Shown one piece after another: positions 21,924-36,421 of a stretch of DNA of 64,000 nucleotides. Within the stretch, counting starts at the first letter, position 1, and every line of letters starts with the position of its first letter. The notes beneath the pieces were generated by a model. That model saw only the letters and a program-made list of their open reading frames with translations. It ran no database searches and was not told the DNA's origin. The translations under genes were made by a program, and so were the position numbers. The stretch comes from an uncultured Mycobacteriaceae bacterium (GTDB lineage Bacteria > Actinomycetota > Actinomycetes > Mycobacteriales > Mycobacteriaceae): assembly GCA_902826815.1 (NCBI GenBank), contig CADEGF010000020.1, positions 34,969 through 98,968 on the forward strand, read 5' to 3'.

Positions 21924-23726
21924 TCAGCCCTTGTCGTAGAGCGCTTCGATATCGCCTGCGAACTTCTCGGCCACCACCTTGCGCTTGACCTTCATCGTCG
22001 GCGTCAGCTCGCCGGTGTCCTCGGTGAAATCGACAGGAAGCACCCGGAACTTGCGGATCGCCTCAGCCTTGGAGACGGCTTGGTTGGCGTCCTTGACGGC
22101 CAGTTCGATCTCGGCGACCAGATCGGGGTCCTCGGCCAGATCCGCCACCGAAGCGTCGGCGCCCTTGCCGTTGCGTTCCTTCCAGCCTCCGAAGGACTCG
22201 GGGTCGATCGTGATGAGCGCGGCGATGAACGGTTTGGCGTCGCCGACGCACATCGCCTGGCTGATCAGTGGATGGGCGCGCAGCCGGTCCTCCAGTATCG
22301 CCGGGGCGACGTTCTTTCCGCCCGCGGTGACGATGATCTCCTTCTTGCGGCCGATGATGGTGAGGAAGCCGTCGTCGTCGATCGCGCCGAGATCGCCTGT
22401 GTGGAACCAGTCATCGGTGAAGACCGCGTTCGTCTCCTCCTCGTTGCGCCAATAGCCTGCGAACACCACGCCACCGCGAACCAGCAGTTCGTCGTCGTCG
22501 CCCAGCCGCAACTCATTGCCCGGCACGGGTTTTCCGACCGAACCGATCTTCAGCGCGCCGATCTGGTTCACGGTGATCGCCGCGCTGGTCTCGGTGAGGC
22601 CGTAGCCCTCGTAGATCGTCAGGCCGACTCCGCGGTAGAAGTGACCGAGCCGGGCGCCGAGCGGCGCGCCGCCGGAGATCGCGGCGTGGCAATAGCCGCC
22701 GAGCGCGGCGCGAAGCTTGCCGTACACCAACCTGTCGAACACCGCGTGCTTGGCGCGCAGCAGCAGGCCCGGTCCGCCTTTGTCCTGCGACTGGCTCCAT
22801 TCGATCGCGGTGTTCGCCGCGATCTCGAAGATCCGGCCCTTGCCGTCGTTGCGGGCGTTCTGCTCGGCGGTGTTGTACACCTTCTCGAACACCCGGGGCA
22901 CCGAGACCACCAGCGTCGGTTTGAAGACCCCGAACATCGGGACCAGGTTCTTGATGTCGCTGGTGAACCCGAGCGTCACCTTGTTCACGAAGGCCGAAAT
23001 CGTGATCGCCCTTGCCAGCACGTGGGCCAGCGGCAGGAACACCAGCAGGCGCTCACCCTTGTCGAGCATCGCGGGGAAGGCAGCCTTGGCGCCGCGGATC
23101 TCGTAGACCAGGTTCGCATGCGTCAGCTGGCAGCCTTTCGGTCTGCCGGTGGTTCCCGACGTGTAGATCAGGGTGGCCGGGTCGGCGGACTTGATCCCGG
23201 CCAGCCGGGCGTCCAACCCTGCGCGGTCGGTCGCCTTGCCGGTTTCGGCCAGCTCGTCCAGCGCCTGCCCCGAGGAACTCTCGATGCGGATCACCTTGCG
23301 CAGGTCGGGCAGGTCGCCCCTCAGCTGCTCGATCGTGTCGGCGTGCGCATCGGTCTCGGCGAAGACCAGCACCGCACCGGAATTGCCGAGCACGAACTTG
23401 ATCTGTTCGGCGGAACTGGTCTCGTAGATCGGTACGGTCAGCGCGCCCACCGACAGGATCGCGAAATCGATGATGGGCCATTCGTATCGGGTCGCCGACA
23501 ACACCGCTACGCGGTCGCCGGGATTCACCCCCTCCGCGATCAGTCCGAGTGCGATCGCGCGGACCTCTGCCGCGACCTCGGCGGCCGTCACATCCGCCCA
23601 CGCGCCGTCGACGAGGCGTTGGAGGATCACGTGGTCGGGGTCTTCGCGTTCATGGGAGTAGACGGAGCTGACGACGTTGTCGTGCTCGCCGACTTCGAAC
23701 GGTGCGGCAACACTGAACTCGCGCAC
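21924..23726 (-). CDS. fadD15: Long-chain acyl-CoA synthetase (Rv2187 orthologue)
   Basis: [38 protein letters not shown] motifs. Confidence 0.92.
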   Translation of the reverse strand: MREFSVAAPFEVGEHDNVVSSVYSHEREDPDHVILQRLVDGAWADVTAAEVAAEVRAIALGLIAEGVNPGDRVAVLSATRYEWPIIDFAILSVGALTVPIYETSSAEQIKFVLGNSGAVLVFAETDAHADTIEQLRGDLPDLRKVIRIESSSGQALDELAETGKATDRAGLDARLAGIKSADPATLIYTSGTTGRPKGCQLTHANLVYEIRGAKAAFPAMLDKGERLLVFLPLAHVLARAITISAFVNKVTLGFTSDIKNLVPMFGVFKPTLVVSVPRVFEKVYNTAEQNARNDGKGRIFEIAANTAIEWSQSQDKGGPGLLLRAKHAVFDRLVYGKLRAALGGYCHAAISGGAPLGARLGHFYRGVGLTIYEGYGLTETSAAITVNQIGALKIGSVGKPVPGNELRLGDDDELLVRGGVVFAGYWRNEEETNAVFTDDWFHTGDLGAIDDDGFLTIIGRKKEIIVTAGGKNVAPAILEDRLRAHPLISQAMCVGDAKPFIAALITIDPESFGGWKERNGKGADASVADLAEDPDLVAEIELAVKDANQAVSKAEAIRKFRVLPVDFTEDTGELTPTMKVKRKVVAEKFAGDIEALYDKG

Positions 23727-23819
23727 GATCTTCGCCTCCGATGCTGGTAGCGGAATTGCCTGGCCCAGCCTAGTCGGCCAGCAGCCACCCCCGCGGTGCC
23801 ATATGTGAAGCTAGAGCCG

Positions 23820-24209
23820 ATGAACAGCATCCAGATCGCCGATCAGACGTTCGTGGCGGCTGAGCCGGCGGAGGTCGGCAAGGCCGTCGCAGACCCGGCA
23901 AGCTGGCGGCGCTGGTGGCCGGATCTGCATTTGACGGTGATCGAGGACCGCGGTCCTCTCGGCCACCGCTGGACCGTCAACGGCGCGCTGACCGGAACCA
24001 TGGAGGTCTGGCTGGAGCCGTCGCTGGACGGGGTGATCCTCAACTACTTCGTCCATGCCGAGCCCGCTGGCGTGGCCGCATGGCAGCTGGCCAAGATGAA
24101 CCTCGCCAAGCTCAATCACCAGCGCCGGGTCGCAGGCAAAAAGATGTCCTTCGAGCTGAAACAGAAGTTGGAGGCGTCGCGGCCGGTCGGGATGCCCCCG
24201 CAGGCCTGA
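23820..24209 (+). CDS. SRPBCC/START-fold protein (Rv2186c orthologue)
   Basis: MNSIQIADQTFV start, WRRWWPDL, GTMEVWLEP; synteny. Confidence 0.85.
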   Translation: MNSIQIADQTFVAAEPAEVGKAVADPASWRRWWPDLHLTVIEDRGPLGHRWTVNGALTGTMEVWLEPSLDGVILNYFVHAEPAGVAAWQLAKMNLAKLNHQRRVAGKKMSFELKQKLEASRPVGMPPQA

Positions 24210-24300
24210 TACTGGGTCAGACCCAGCGGCGACGGGTAGATTTCCCTTTCATCGAGCGCATTCGGGCTCAGGAACGACAGAACGACAGAAAGCTGGCCTA

Positions 24301-24738
24301 GTGGCGGACAAGACGGCACAGACCATCTATATCGACGCGGATCCTTCGACGGTGATGGACGTCATCGCCGATATCGGCTCGTATCCCGACTGGGTTGCGG
24401 AGTACAAGGAGACCGAGGTCCTCGAGTCCGACGACGAGGGCTACCCGAAAACGGCCCGGCTGTTGCTGGACGCCGCGGTGCTCAAGGACACCATGGTGTT
24501 GTCCTACGACTGGCCGCCCGACCGCGGTTCGGTCACCTGGACGTTGGTGTCCAGTTCGTTGCTGAAATCGCTTGAAGGTGCATACCGGTTGTCGCCCAAG
24601 GGATCTGGCACCGACGTCACCTACGAACTGTCGGTCGATCTGATCATCCCGATGATCGGCCTGCTCAAGCGCAAGGCAGAGCGCAGGCTCACCGACACCG
24701 CACTGAAGGACCTCAAGAAACGAGTCGAGGCTGAGTGA
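24301..24738 (+). CDS. SRPBCC/polyketide-cyclase-fold protein (TB16.3/Rv2185c orthologue)
   Basis: IADIGSYPDWV...LEGAYRL...VTYELSVD START-like pattern. Confidence 0.88.
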   Translation: MADKTAQTIYIDADPSTVMDVIADIGSYPDWVAEYKETEVLESDDEGYPKTARLLLDAAVLKDTMVLSYDWPPDRGSVTWTLVSSSLLKSLEGAYRLSPKGSGTDVTYELSVDLIIPMIGLLKRKAERRLTDTALKDLKKRVEAE

Positions 24739-25993
24739 AACCCCCGCGCCTACCCACGCCCGGATCAGTCTCTTCGTTGGCAAGGGCGGTGTAGGTAAGT
24801 CGACGCTGGCGACCGCGACCGCGGTGCGCGACGCGCAAAGCGGCCTGCGGGTCCTCGTGGTGTCCACCGACCAGGCGCACTCACTCGGCGACGTGCTCGG
24901 CTGCCCCGTCGTACCCACCGGGGTTCGCGAGCCGACCAGGGTGCTCGCCGACGATGCGGACGCAGGCGGTGGTTTCCTCGACGCCCTTGCGCTGGACACG
25001 CTCGCCCTGCTGGAGGCGCGCTGGCGTGACATCGCGGGCGTGCTGACGGCGCGATTCGACGAGTCGGACCTGGGACATATTGCTCCAGAAGAACTTTCGG
25101 CGCTGCCCGGCATCCAGGAGGTGCTCGGCCTTCACGAGGTCGGCGAGCTCGCGAGATCGGGGGCGTGGGACCACGTCGTCGTCGACTGCGCATCGACGGC
25201 CGATGCGCTGCGGATGCTGACGCTGCCGTCGGCCTTCGGTCTCTACCTGGAGCGGGCGTGGCCGCGCCACCGCAGGCTCAGCTCGGGGGGCGACGATGCG
25301 CGCACCGCGGCGATCGTCGACCTGATGGAGCGCATCGATGCGGGCAACGGTGCGCTGACCGGCCTGCTCACCGACGGGGACTGGGTGAGCGCGCACCTGG
25401 TGCTCACCGCGGAACGCGTGGTGGCCGCAGAAGCCGCGCGCACCCTTGGCTCACTCGCGTTGATGGGCGTGCGGGTCGCCGAGCTGATCGTCAATCAGAT
25501 TTTGGTGCAGGATGATTCGTACGAGTACCGCAACCTGCCCGAGCATCCGGCGTTCGACTGGTACTCCGAACGGATCTCCGAACAGCAGGCGGTGCTCGAC
25601 GAACTCGACGCCACCATCGGCGATGTGCAGTTGGTGATGGTTCCGCATCTCGCAGGCGAGCCGATCGGGGCCAAGGCGCTGGGCGAGCTGCTCGAATTCG
25701 CCCGCAGGCGCGACGGCTCCCCGCCGCCGGGGCCGCTGCGGCCGATCGTCGAGCGCGAGTCCGGATCTGGGTTGAGTTCGGTGTATCGGTTGCGGCTAGA
25801 GTTGCCCCAAATCGACTCGACCGCGCTGTCGCTGGGTCGCGTCGACGACGACTTGATCATCGGCGCAGGCGGGATGAGGCGCCGGGTCCGGCTGGCGTCC
25901 GTCCTGCGGCGGTGCATAGTGGTGGACGCCCAGCTCAAGGGCAGCGAGCTGACTGTGCGATTTCGACCAAATCCGGAGGTGTGGCCGTCGTGA
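24731..25993 (+). CDS. ArsA/Get3-family ATPase with C-terminal HSP20-like domain (Rv2184c orthologue), probable CTG start
   Basis: In-frame Walker A GKGGVGKST lies upstream of the track start at 24824; STDQAHSLGD switch I, DCAST switch II; start position inferred. Confidence 0.85.
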   Translation: MSETPAPTHARISLFVGKGGVGKSTLATATAVRDAQSGLRVLVVSTDQAHSLGDVLGCPVVPTGVREPTRVLADDADAGGGFLDALALDTLALLEARWRDIAGVLTARFDESDLGHIAPEELSALPGIQEVLGLHEVGELARSGAWDHVVVDCASTADALRMLTLPSAFGLYLERAWPRHRRLSSGGDDARTAAIVDLMERIDAGNGALTGLLTDGDWVSAHLVLTAERVVAAEAARTLGSLALMGVRVAELIVNQILVQDDSYEYRNLPEHPAFDWYSERISEQQAVLDELDATIGDVQLVMVPHLAGEPIGAKALGELLEFARRRDGSPPPGPLRPIVERESGSGLSSVYRLRLELPQIDSTALSLGRVDDDLIIGAGGMRRRVRLASVLRRCIVVDAQLKGSELTVRFRPNPEVWPS

Positions 25994-26346
25994 GCTCCAG
26001 CGAGCACCCCGACCTCGGTCCCGAGCTGAGGGCGCTGGCCCAGTCAATCCTGAACCGCATCGACCCGGCGGTACGCGCGGCCGCGGCCGCCGCGGCGGGC
26101 GCGGACGGCCCCGGCAAGTGCCAGCAGGTGTGGTGTCCGGTCTGCGCGCTGGCTGCGCTGGTGAGCGGCGAGCAGCACCCTTTGCTGACCGTCATCGCCG
26201 AGCACAGCGTGGCGCTGCTGAGCGTCGTGCGCGCGATGGTGGAGGACATCGAGTCCGCGCCGAGCCCCGATCAGCCGCCGCCCGACGAGCCGCCGCCGTC
26301 GGGTCCGAGCCGGTATCAGCACATCCCGGTGACCGTCGAAGAGTGA
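25990..26346 (+). CDS. Small protein with CQQVWCPVC motif (Rv2183c orthologue)
   Basis: GTG overlaps the ArsA stop; three clustered Cys. Confidence 0.82.
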   Translation: MSSSEHPDLGPELRALAQSILNRIDPAVRAAAAAAAGADGPGKCQQVWCPVCALAALVSGEQHPLLTVIAEHSVALLSVVRAMVEDIESAPSPDQPPPDEPPPSGPSRYQHIPVTVEE

Positions 26347-26400
26347 CGGTAGAGTAAACCCCAAGCACTGCGGTCCGGTGCGTCCAATCCGGGAGGGTCC

Positions 26401-27099
26401 ATGTGGTATTGGCTGTTCAAGTACATCTTCATGGGCCCGTTGCTGACTTTGCTGGGTCGGCCCAAAATCGAAGGGCTGGAATACGTTCCGGACTCCGGCC
26501 CTGTCATTCTGGCCAGTAACCACCTGGCCGTCGCGGACAGCTTCTATCTGCCTCTCGTCGTCAAGCGCAGGATCACCTTCCTTGCCAAATCCGAGTACTT
26601 CACGGGGACCGGCCTCAAGGGTTGGTTCCAGCGCTGGTTCTACACCGCGGCCGGACAGGTCCCGATCGACCGCACCGATGCCGACTCCGCGCAGGCGGCC
26701 CTGGTGACCGCGGCGCGGATACTGAACGACGGCAAGCTGCTCGGCATGTACCCGGAGGGCACCCGGTCACCTGACGGGCGGCTGTACAAGGGCAAGACGG
26801 GGATGGCGCGGGTCGCCCTGAACACCGGAGTCAAGGTCATCCCGGTCGCGATGATCGGCACCGACGAGGTCAATCCTCCCGGCAGCAAGATGTGGCGATT
26901 CGGCCGCGTGACGGTTCGGTTCGGCAAGCCGATGGACTTCAGCCGGTTCGAGGGCCTGGAGGGCAACCGGTTCATCGAGCGCGCGGTCGTCGACGAGGTG
27001 ATGTACGAGCTGATGCGCCTTTCGGGCCAGGAGTACGTCGACCTGTACGCCGCCGATATCAAGGAGGGTAAACAACCCGCCGCGGAGCTCGTTGCCTAG
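26401..27099 (+). CDS. plsC: 1-acylglycerol-3-phosphate acyltransferase (Rv2182c orthologue)
   Basis: NHLAVAD (HX4D) and YPEGTRS motifs. Confidence 0.92.
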   Translation: MWYWLFKYIFMGPLLTLLGRPKIEGLEYVPDSGPVILASNHLAVADSFYLPLVVKRRITFLAKSEYFTGTGLKGWFQRWFYTAAGQVPIDRTDADSAQAALVTAARILNDGKLLGMYPEGTRSPDGRLYKGKTGMARVALNTGVKVIPVAMIGTDEVNPPGSKMWRFGRVTVRFGKPMDFSRFEGLEGNRFIERAVVDEVMYELMRLSGQEYVDLYAADIKEGKQPAAELVA

Positions 27100-27110
27100 C
27101 TCGGAGCGTG

Positions 27111-28418
27111 CTAGCAGTTCGTAGCGGGTACCCGTGCCGCGCCCAGCTCGGTGGCTTCGGAGTCCTTCCGGCGGGGCGATAACGTGCCCGCGGCCACGAT
27201 GACGGCCAGCGCCCACCACAGGTAGGAACCGCCGACCAGTTGGCGCCACAGCGACGCCGTCGTCTCGTGGTGCTCCGGCATCAGGGTGATCGGCGTCCAC
27301 ACCATCAGCGCCACCCCGGCCGCGGTGACGACACCAAGCGCGACATTGCGATGTCGCCAGGCGAGCACGCTGCACACGACCACCGTCGGCAACGCCCACA
27401 CCCAGTGGTGCGACCACGACACCGGCGACACCACAAGGCCGAACATCGCCACACAGATGAGCGCGAGGACGGGCTCGCCCGCCCGCAACACCCGCCGCGC
27501 CGCCCAGATCGTCAGCCCGAGCACCGCGAAGCAGGCCACCGTCCAGAGCACGAACCGCTCGCCCTCGCCGAGACCCAGCCGCGCCAGTGCGCCCGCGATG
27601 TTCTGGTTTGTGTTCAGGGTCGCGGTACCGATCCGGTCGGTGTTGCGCACGGTGGCAGTCCAGTACTCCCACGAATCACGCCAGGCGAACGCGAAGCCGA
27701 CGAGGGTGGCCGCCACCGCCGAGGCCGCGGTCACGATCAGCGCGCGGGTGTCCCTTCGCAGCAGGAAATAGAGCAGGAACACCGCGGGTGTGAGCTTAAG
27801 CGCGATCGCGACGCCTAGCAGAATGCCGCGCGGCCACGGCGTCCTGCGCGGTACGCAGTCGGCGATGACGAGCGTCATCAGCACGACGTTGATCTGGCCG
27901 AAATCGAAGTTCGCGCGGATCGGCTCGAGGTAGACCGCCGCGGGAGCCACCAGAGCGGCGGCCAGCCAGCACCGCCGCAGCCAGGCCGGCTCGGTGGTGA
28001 CAGAAGATGTCGGCCAGATGTTGATGCGGGTCAGCACGATCACCGTGGACGCGATCAACAGCACGAAGGTCGTCACCGTGATGAGGGCACTTGCCACCGA
28101 CAGCGGAAACAGGGCGAACGGGGCGAAGGCGACGGCCGCCAGCGGCGGATAGGTGAACGGCAGCTCAAGCCCCACCTGGGTCTCGAACATCGCGCCGTCG
28201 GCATACAGCGGTTTGCCGTCCAGCCAGGCTCGCCCGCCCATCCGATAGACGTCGATGTCGATGCGGTACGTGACGTGGCCGAGCAGCCGCCAGCCGGCCC
28301 ATGCCACTGCCGCCAATGTGAGCAGTTGAAACAGCCGCCACGCGACGGTCCGCGACAAACCAGTCCCGCCGGGCCGTGCCCTCTTCGCTCCTCGCGTGCG
28401 CGGCCCAAACCTACTCAT
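27111..28418 (-). CDS. GT-C alpha(1->2) mannosyltransferase for LM/LAM (Rv2181 orthologue)
   Basis: [33 protein letters not shown]87 motifs; polytopic. Confidence 0.9.
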   Translation of the reverse strand: MSRFGPRTRGAKRARPGGTGLSRTVAWRLFQLLTLAAVAWAGWRLLGHVTYRIDIDVYRMGGRAWLDGKPLYADGAMFETQVGLELPFTYPPLAAVAFAPFALFPLSVASALITVTTFVLLIASTVIVLTRINIWPTSSVTTEPAWLRRCWLAAALVAPAAVYLEPIRANFDFGQINVVLMTLVIADCVPRRTPWPRGILLGVAIALKLTPAVFLLYFLLRRDTRALIVTAASAVAATLVGFAFAWRDSWEYWTATVRNTDRIGTATLNTNQNIAGALARLGLGEGERFVLWTVACFAVLGLTIWAARRVLRAGEPVLALICVAMFGLVVSPVSWSHHWVWALPTVVVCSVLAWRHRNVALGVVTAAGVALMVWTPITLMPEHHETTASLWRQLVGGSYLWWALAVIVAAGTLSPRRKDSEATELGAARVPATNC

Positions 28419-28502
28419 CTCGAGTCCAGACTATCGGCCGACCGCGGCGCGCCGGACCACATCCCCTCCCGCGTCGCTACCCGGGCAGCGTAGGTTTTCT
28501 GC

Positions 28503-29387
28503 GTGCACGTGACGCTGGGCTGGAGCCTGGACATACCCCATGGCCGGATGCCTCTGGTGTTCTGTCTTGTGGCGTTCATCCTCACCTTCTTCGTCACCCG
28601 CACCATCGTCCGGTACATCCGCAGCCACGCCGACAGCGACAAGCCCCGCAAGTGGTGGCAGCCGCGCAACATCTCGGCGGGGGGCGGCCTGCACATCCAC
28701 CATGTGGTCATCGGTGTGATCTTGGTCATGATCTCGGGCATCTCGATGGTCACCTTGGCGGTCAATGGGGGAGTACCCGAATTCACGGCCGCGGCAACCA
28801 TTTTCGGAATCGGCGCTGCGCTGGTGCTGGACGAGTTCGCGTTGATCCTGCACCTGCAGGACGTCTACTGGGCCGAGGACGGGCGCACATCGGTGGATGC
28901 GGTGTTCGCGGCGATCGCGGTGGCCGGGCTGCTGATCCTCGGTTTCAACCCGCTCTCGTTCTTCGACATCGGGATATGGCGGCAAGATCACAGCGTCGCG
29001 GCGCGGGCCGCCGTCGTCGCGCTGGCCGTCATCACGCTTGCGCTCGCGGTGATCGTGCTGCTCAAGGGAAAGGTCTGGACCGGCCTGATCGGAATGTTCA
29101 TCACCCCGCTGCTGGTCGTCGGGGCGTTTCGGCTGTCCCGCCCGCATGCACCGTGGGCGCGCTGGCGCTACACCGGCAAACCGCGCAAGATGCACAGGGC
29201 CCTGGTCCGCGAGCGGGTGCTGCGCAGGCCCGTGGTGCAGGCCAAGCTGTGGCTACAGCACATCGTGGCGGGCGAACCGCGGTTCCCCGATGACGCCGAG
29301 GTGGATCAGCAGCTCGATCTCGAGATCCACGCCGCTCCCGCACCGCCGACGGATCCCGAGGCCGTCGCCCAGAAGGCCACCGCGTAG
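28503..29387 (+). CDS. Integral membrane protein (Rv2180c orthologue)
   Basis: LHIHHVVIG, LDEFALILHL motifs, several TM helices; synteny. Confidence 0.85.
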   Translation: MHVTLGWSLDIPHGRMPLVFCLVAFILTFFVTRTIVRYIRSHADSDKPRKWWQPRNISAGGGLHIHHVVIGVILVMISGISMVTLAVNGGVPEFTAAATIFGIGAALVLDEFALILHLQDVYWAEDGRTSVDAVFAAIAVAGLLILGFNPLSFFDIGIWRQDHSVAARAAVVALAVITLALAVIVLLKGKVWTGLIGMFITPLLVVGAFRLSRPHAPWARWRYTGKPRKMHRALVRERVLRRPVVQAKLWLQHIVAGEPRFPDDAEVDQQLDLEIHAAPAPPTDPEAVAQKATA

Positions 29388-29394
29388 GCCCGGC

Positions 29395-29874
29395 GTGAAG
29401 TATTTCTACGACACCGAGTTCATCGACGACGGCTACACCATCGAGCTGATCTCGATCGGCATCGCGGCTGAAGATGGCCGCGAATACTACGGCATATCAA
29501 CCGAATTCAACCCCGACCGGGCGGGGCGCTGGGTGCGCACCAACGTGCTGCCCAAGCTGCCGTCACCGTCGTCGCAGCTGTACCGGTCGCGCAAGCAGAT
29601 CCGGTCGGAACTCGAGGACTTCTTCGGCGTCGACGGGGACGAGCCGATCGAGCTGTGGGCCTGGGTCGGCGCCTACGACCACGTGGTGCTGTGCCAGTTG
29701 TGGGGCCCGATGACCGCGCTGCCACCCGCGATCCCGCGGTTCACCCGCGAACTGCGCCAGTTCTGGGAGGAGCGCGGCTGCCCAAGGATGCCGCCGCGAC
29801 CGCGCGACGCGCACGACGCCCTCGTCGACGCGAAGCACAACCTGCTGCGGTATCAGCTGATGACCGCTCCCTGA
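29395..29874 (+). CDS. Poly(A)-specific 3'-5' exoribonuclease RNase AS (Rv2179c orthologue)
   Basis: YFYDTEFIDDG and HDALVDA DEDDh motifs; start GTG 29395. Confidence 0.9.
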   Translation: MKYFYDTEFIDDGYTIELISIGIAAEDGREYYGISTEFNPDRAGRWVRTNVLPKLPSPSSQLYRSRKQIRSELEDFFGVDGDEPIELWAWVGAYDHVVLCQLWGPMTALPPAIPRFTRELRQFWEERGCPRMPPRPRDAHDALVDAKHNLLRYQLMTAP

Positions 29875-29878
29875 CCGG

Positions 29879-33296
<3,418 letters not shown>

Positions 33297-33382
33297 CCGA
33301 AACATGTTACGGAAGCGAATTGTCGTCAACTGTGGTTGCAGAGCGCACACACCGACGCGTCGTGCGACCTAGAATCGGCGCG

Positions 33383-33787
33383 GTGAGCAGTATTCCAGCC
33401 GCTGAAGATGTGCTCGACCCTGGCGAGGATGTTTTAGACCTGGCTCGTGTCGCACAGTTGCTCGGTATTCCTGTGACGAAGGTCCATCAGCATCTGCGCG
33501 ACGGCCATCTGGTCGGAGTGCGCCGTGAAGGGGCGGTGGTGGTGCCGAAGGTCTTCTTCGACGACCACGGTCACGTCGTCAAGTGCCTGCAGGGGTTGCT
33601 CGTCGTCCTGCACGACGGCGGATACAAGGACACCGAGATCGTCCGTTGGTTGTTCACGCCCGACCCGTCACTGACGATCAGGCGCGACGGATCGGTTGAG
33701 CGGCAGGACAACGCCCGTCCTGTGGACGCGCTGCATTCGCATCAGGCCCGTGAGGTGGTGCGCCGCGCCCAGGCGATGGCGTACTGA
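33383..33787 (+). CDS. HTH DNA-binding protein, PknL substrate orthologue (Rv2175c)
   Basis: VAQLLGIPVTKVHQHLRDG HTH; synteny; TAGAAT-N7-GTG. Confidence 0.88.
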   Translation: MSSIPAAEDVLDPGEDVLDLARVAQLLGIPVTKVHQHLRDGHLVGVRREGAVVVPKVFFDDHGHVVKCLQGLLVVLHDGGYKDTEIVRWLFTPDPSLTIRRDGSVERQDNARPVDALHSHQAREVVRRAQAMAY

Positions 33788-35235
33788 TCCGGATCCTTGT
33801 AGAGCGAGTACCAGGCCACAACGGCGCAGGCGCTGGCCAGCAGCACGTGTATCCATGAGTACATGCCGTGGCTGCCATCGGGTTTGAAGATCACCATGAT
33901 CCAGGTGGAGAAGCCTGCGATGAGCGCGATCGACTGCCTGCTCTGGGCCAGTGCCGCCACGATCGCCAGCGGCCAGGTGTAGTACCACGGCAGCGCGGCG
34001 GGAACGAACAGCACCACGATCACCATCGCCCACGCGATACCGGTGAGCACCTGGCGGTCGGTGTGCCGAAATCGCCACCACAGCACCAGAAGTGAGATGG
34101 CGATGATGGCAATGCCGATGATCCGGGCAACTTCGAGCACCGCGTAGAAGTTCACCGGGAAGAACAGCCCGCCGACCGCGTTGACGACATTGGAGACGGC
34201 GGTCGGCACGGTCAGCCAGTTGATGATCTTCACCGAACCCGCCAGCGCGGTGAGCCAGCCGAGGCCGACTCCGGCGAATCCCGACAAGACGGCGAACACA
34301 GCGATGAAAATCGTGATCGCCCCCGCGGATGCGGCCGCGAACGCCCGAAACGGCGAAAGGCCGCGGCGCTCACGCAGTTGACGCGCCCACACCCACACCA
34401 TGAAGGGAAGCGCAAGGCCCGCAGTTGCTTTCACGGCGACGGCGACGACGATGAGGGCATTGCCCGCGATCGGATGGCGCTGGAATATCAACGCGATGCC
34501 CGCCGCCATCAGGCCGACCATCAGCATCTCGTTGTGCACGCCGCCCATCAGATGAATAATCACCAACGGGTTGAGCGCGCAGATCCACAGCGCGGTGGCG
34601 CCGTTGGCGCCGACGTGACGGGCCAGTCGGGGCGCCGCCCAGATCAACAGGATCAGCCCTGGCAGCATGCACAGCCGCAGCACCATCGTGCCCGCGATCA
34701 CATGGTCGCCGACCAGCATCGTGACGAACTTCGCGACCATGATGAACGCGGGTCCGTACGGCGCGGTCGTCGTCGTCCAGATCGGACTGACGTCGTCCAG
34801 CAACGAGTTCGGGTTGTCGACCGGGCCCACGGCGTACGGATCGAAGCCGTCGCGCAGCAGTGCGCCCTGGGCCAGATAGGAGTAGGTGTCGCGGCTGAAC
34901 ACCGGTACGGACAGTAGAAGCGGGGCCAACCAGAAGCCGGTGGTCGCCACCATCGTGTACTCGCGCGCCGAACCGTCGATCACGCTGCGGCCCAACCGCA
35001 ACCAGGCGATAAGCATCACCGCGACACCGCCCCACAGCAGCACCGACGACAGCACAAGCCCGTGCCCGAACCGCAGCCACGACAGGTGCAGCGACTCCAG
35101 CAGCGGGTCGTGCAGACGCGTACTGCCCGCACCGACCCCGCCCGCCGTGATCATCACCGCGCCGAGGAAGCCCAGCAGTGCGGGCCTGGCCTCTGGCGAC
35201 TTGGTGAACGCGGCCAGCCGCGACAGGGTTGTCAC
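33742..35235 (-). CDS. mptA: Alpha(1->6) mannopyranosyltransferase (Rv2174 orthologue)
   Basis: SRDTYSYLAQG, APYGP, LNPL, HNEMLM, PWY GT-C motifs. Confidence 0.9.
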   Translation of the reverse strand: MTTLSRLAAFTKSPEARPALLGFLGAVMITAGGVGAGSTRLHDPLLESLHLSWLRFGHGLVLSSVLLWGGVAVMLIAWLRLGRSVIDGSAREYTMVATTGFWLAPLLLSVPVFSRDTYSYLAQGALLRDGFDPYAVGPVDNPNSLLDDVSPIWTTTTAPYGPAFIMVAKFVTMLVGDHVIAGTMVLRLCMLPGLILLIWAAPRLARHVGANGATALWICALNPLVIIHLMGGVHNEMLMVGLMAAGIALIFQRHPIAGNALIVVAVAVKATAGLALPFMVWVWARQLRERRGLSPFRAFAAASAGAITIFIAVFAVLSGFAGVGLGWLTALAGSVKIINWLTVPTAVSNVVNAVGGLFFPVNFYAVLEVARIIGIAIIAISLLVLWWRFRHTDRQVLTGIAWAMVIVVLFVPAALPWYYTWPLAIVAALAQSRQSIALIAGFSTWIMVIFKPDGSHGMYSWIHVLLASACAVVAWYSLYKDPDQYAIAWARRTTSRA

Positions 35236-35238
35236 AAC

Positions 35239-36381
<1,143 letters not shown>

Positions 36382-36421
36382 CTAGAGCGTGACCGGGGCT
36401 TTGTAGCAAGTCAGGGCGCTG

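Noticed and set aside
22080-23750. 556-aa ORF antisense to fadD15; similar long ORFs at 30607-32127, 42608-43843, 45777-47426 and 53663-55024
   Set aside because: Shadow ORFs expected opposite well-conserved high-GC genes; no recognisable motifs or RBS.
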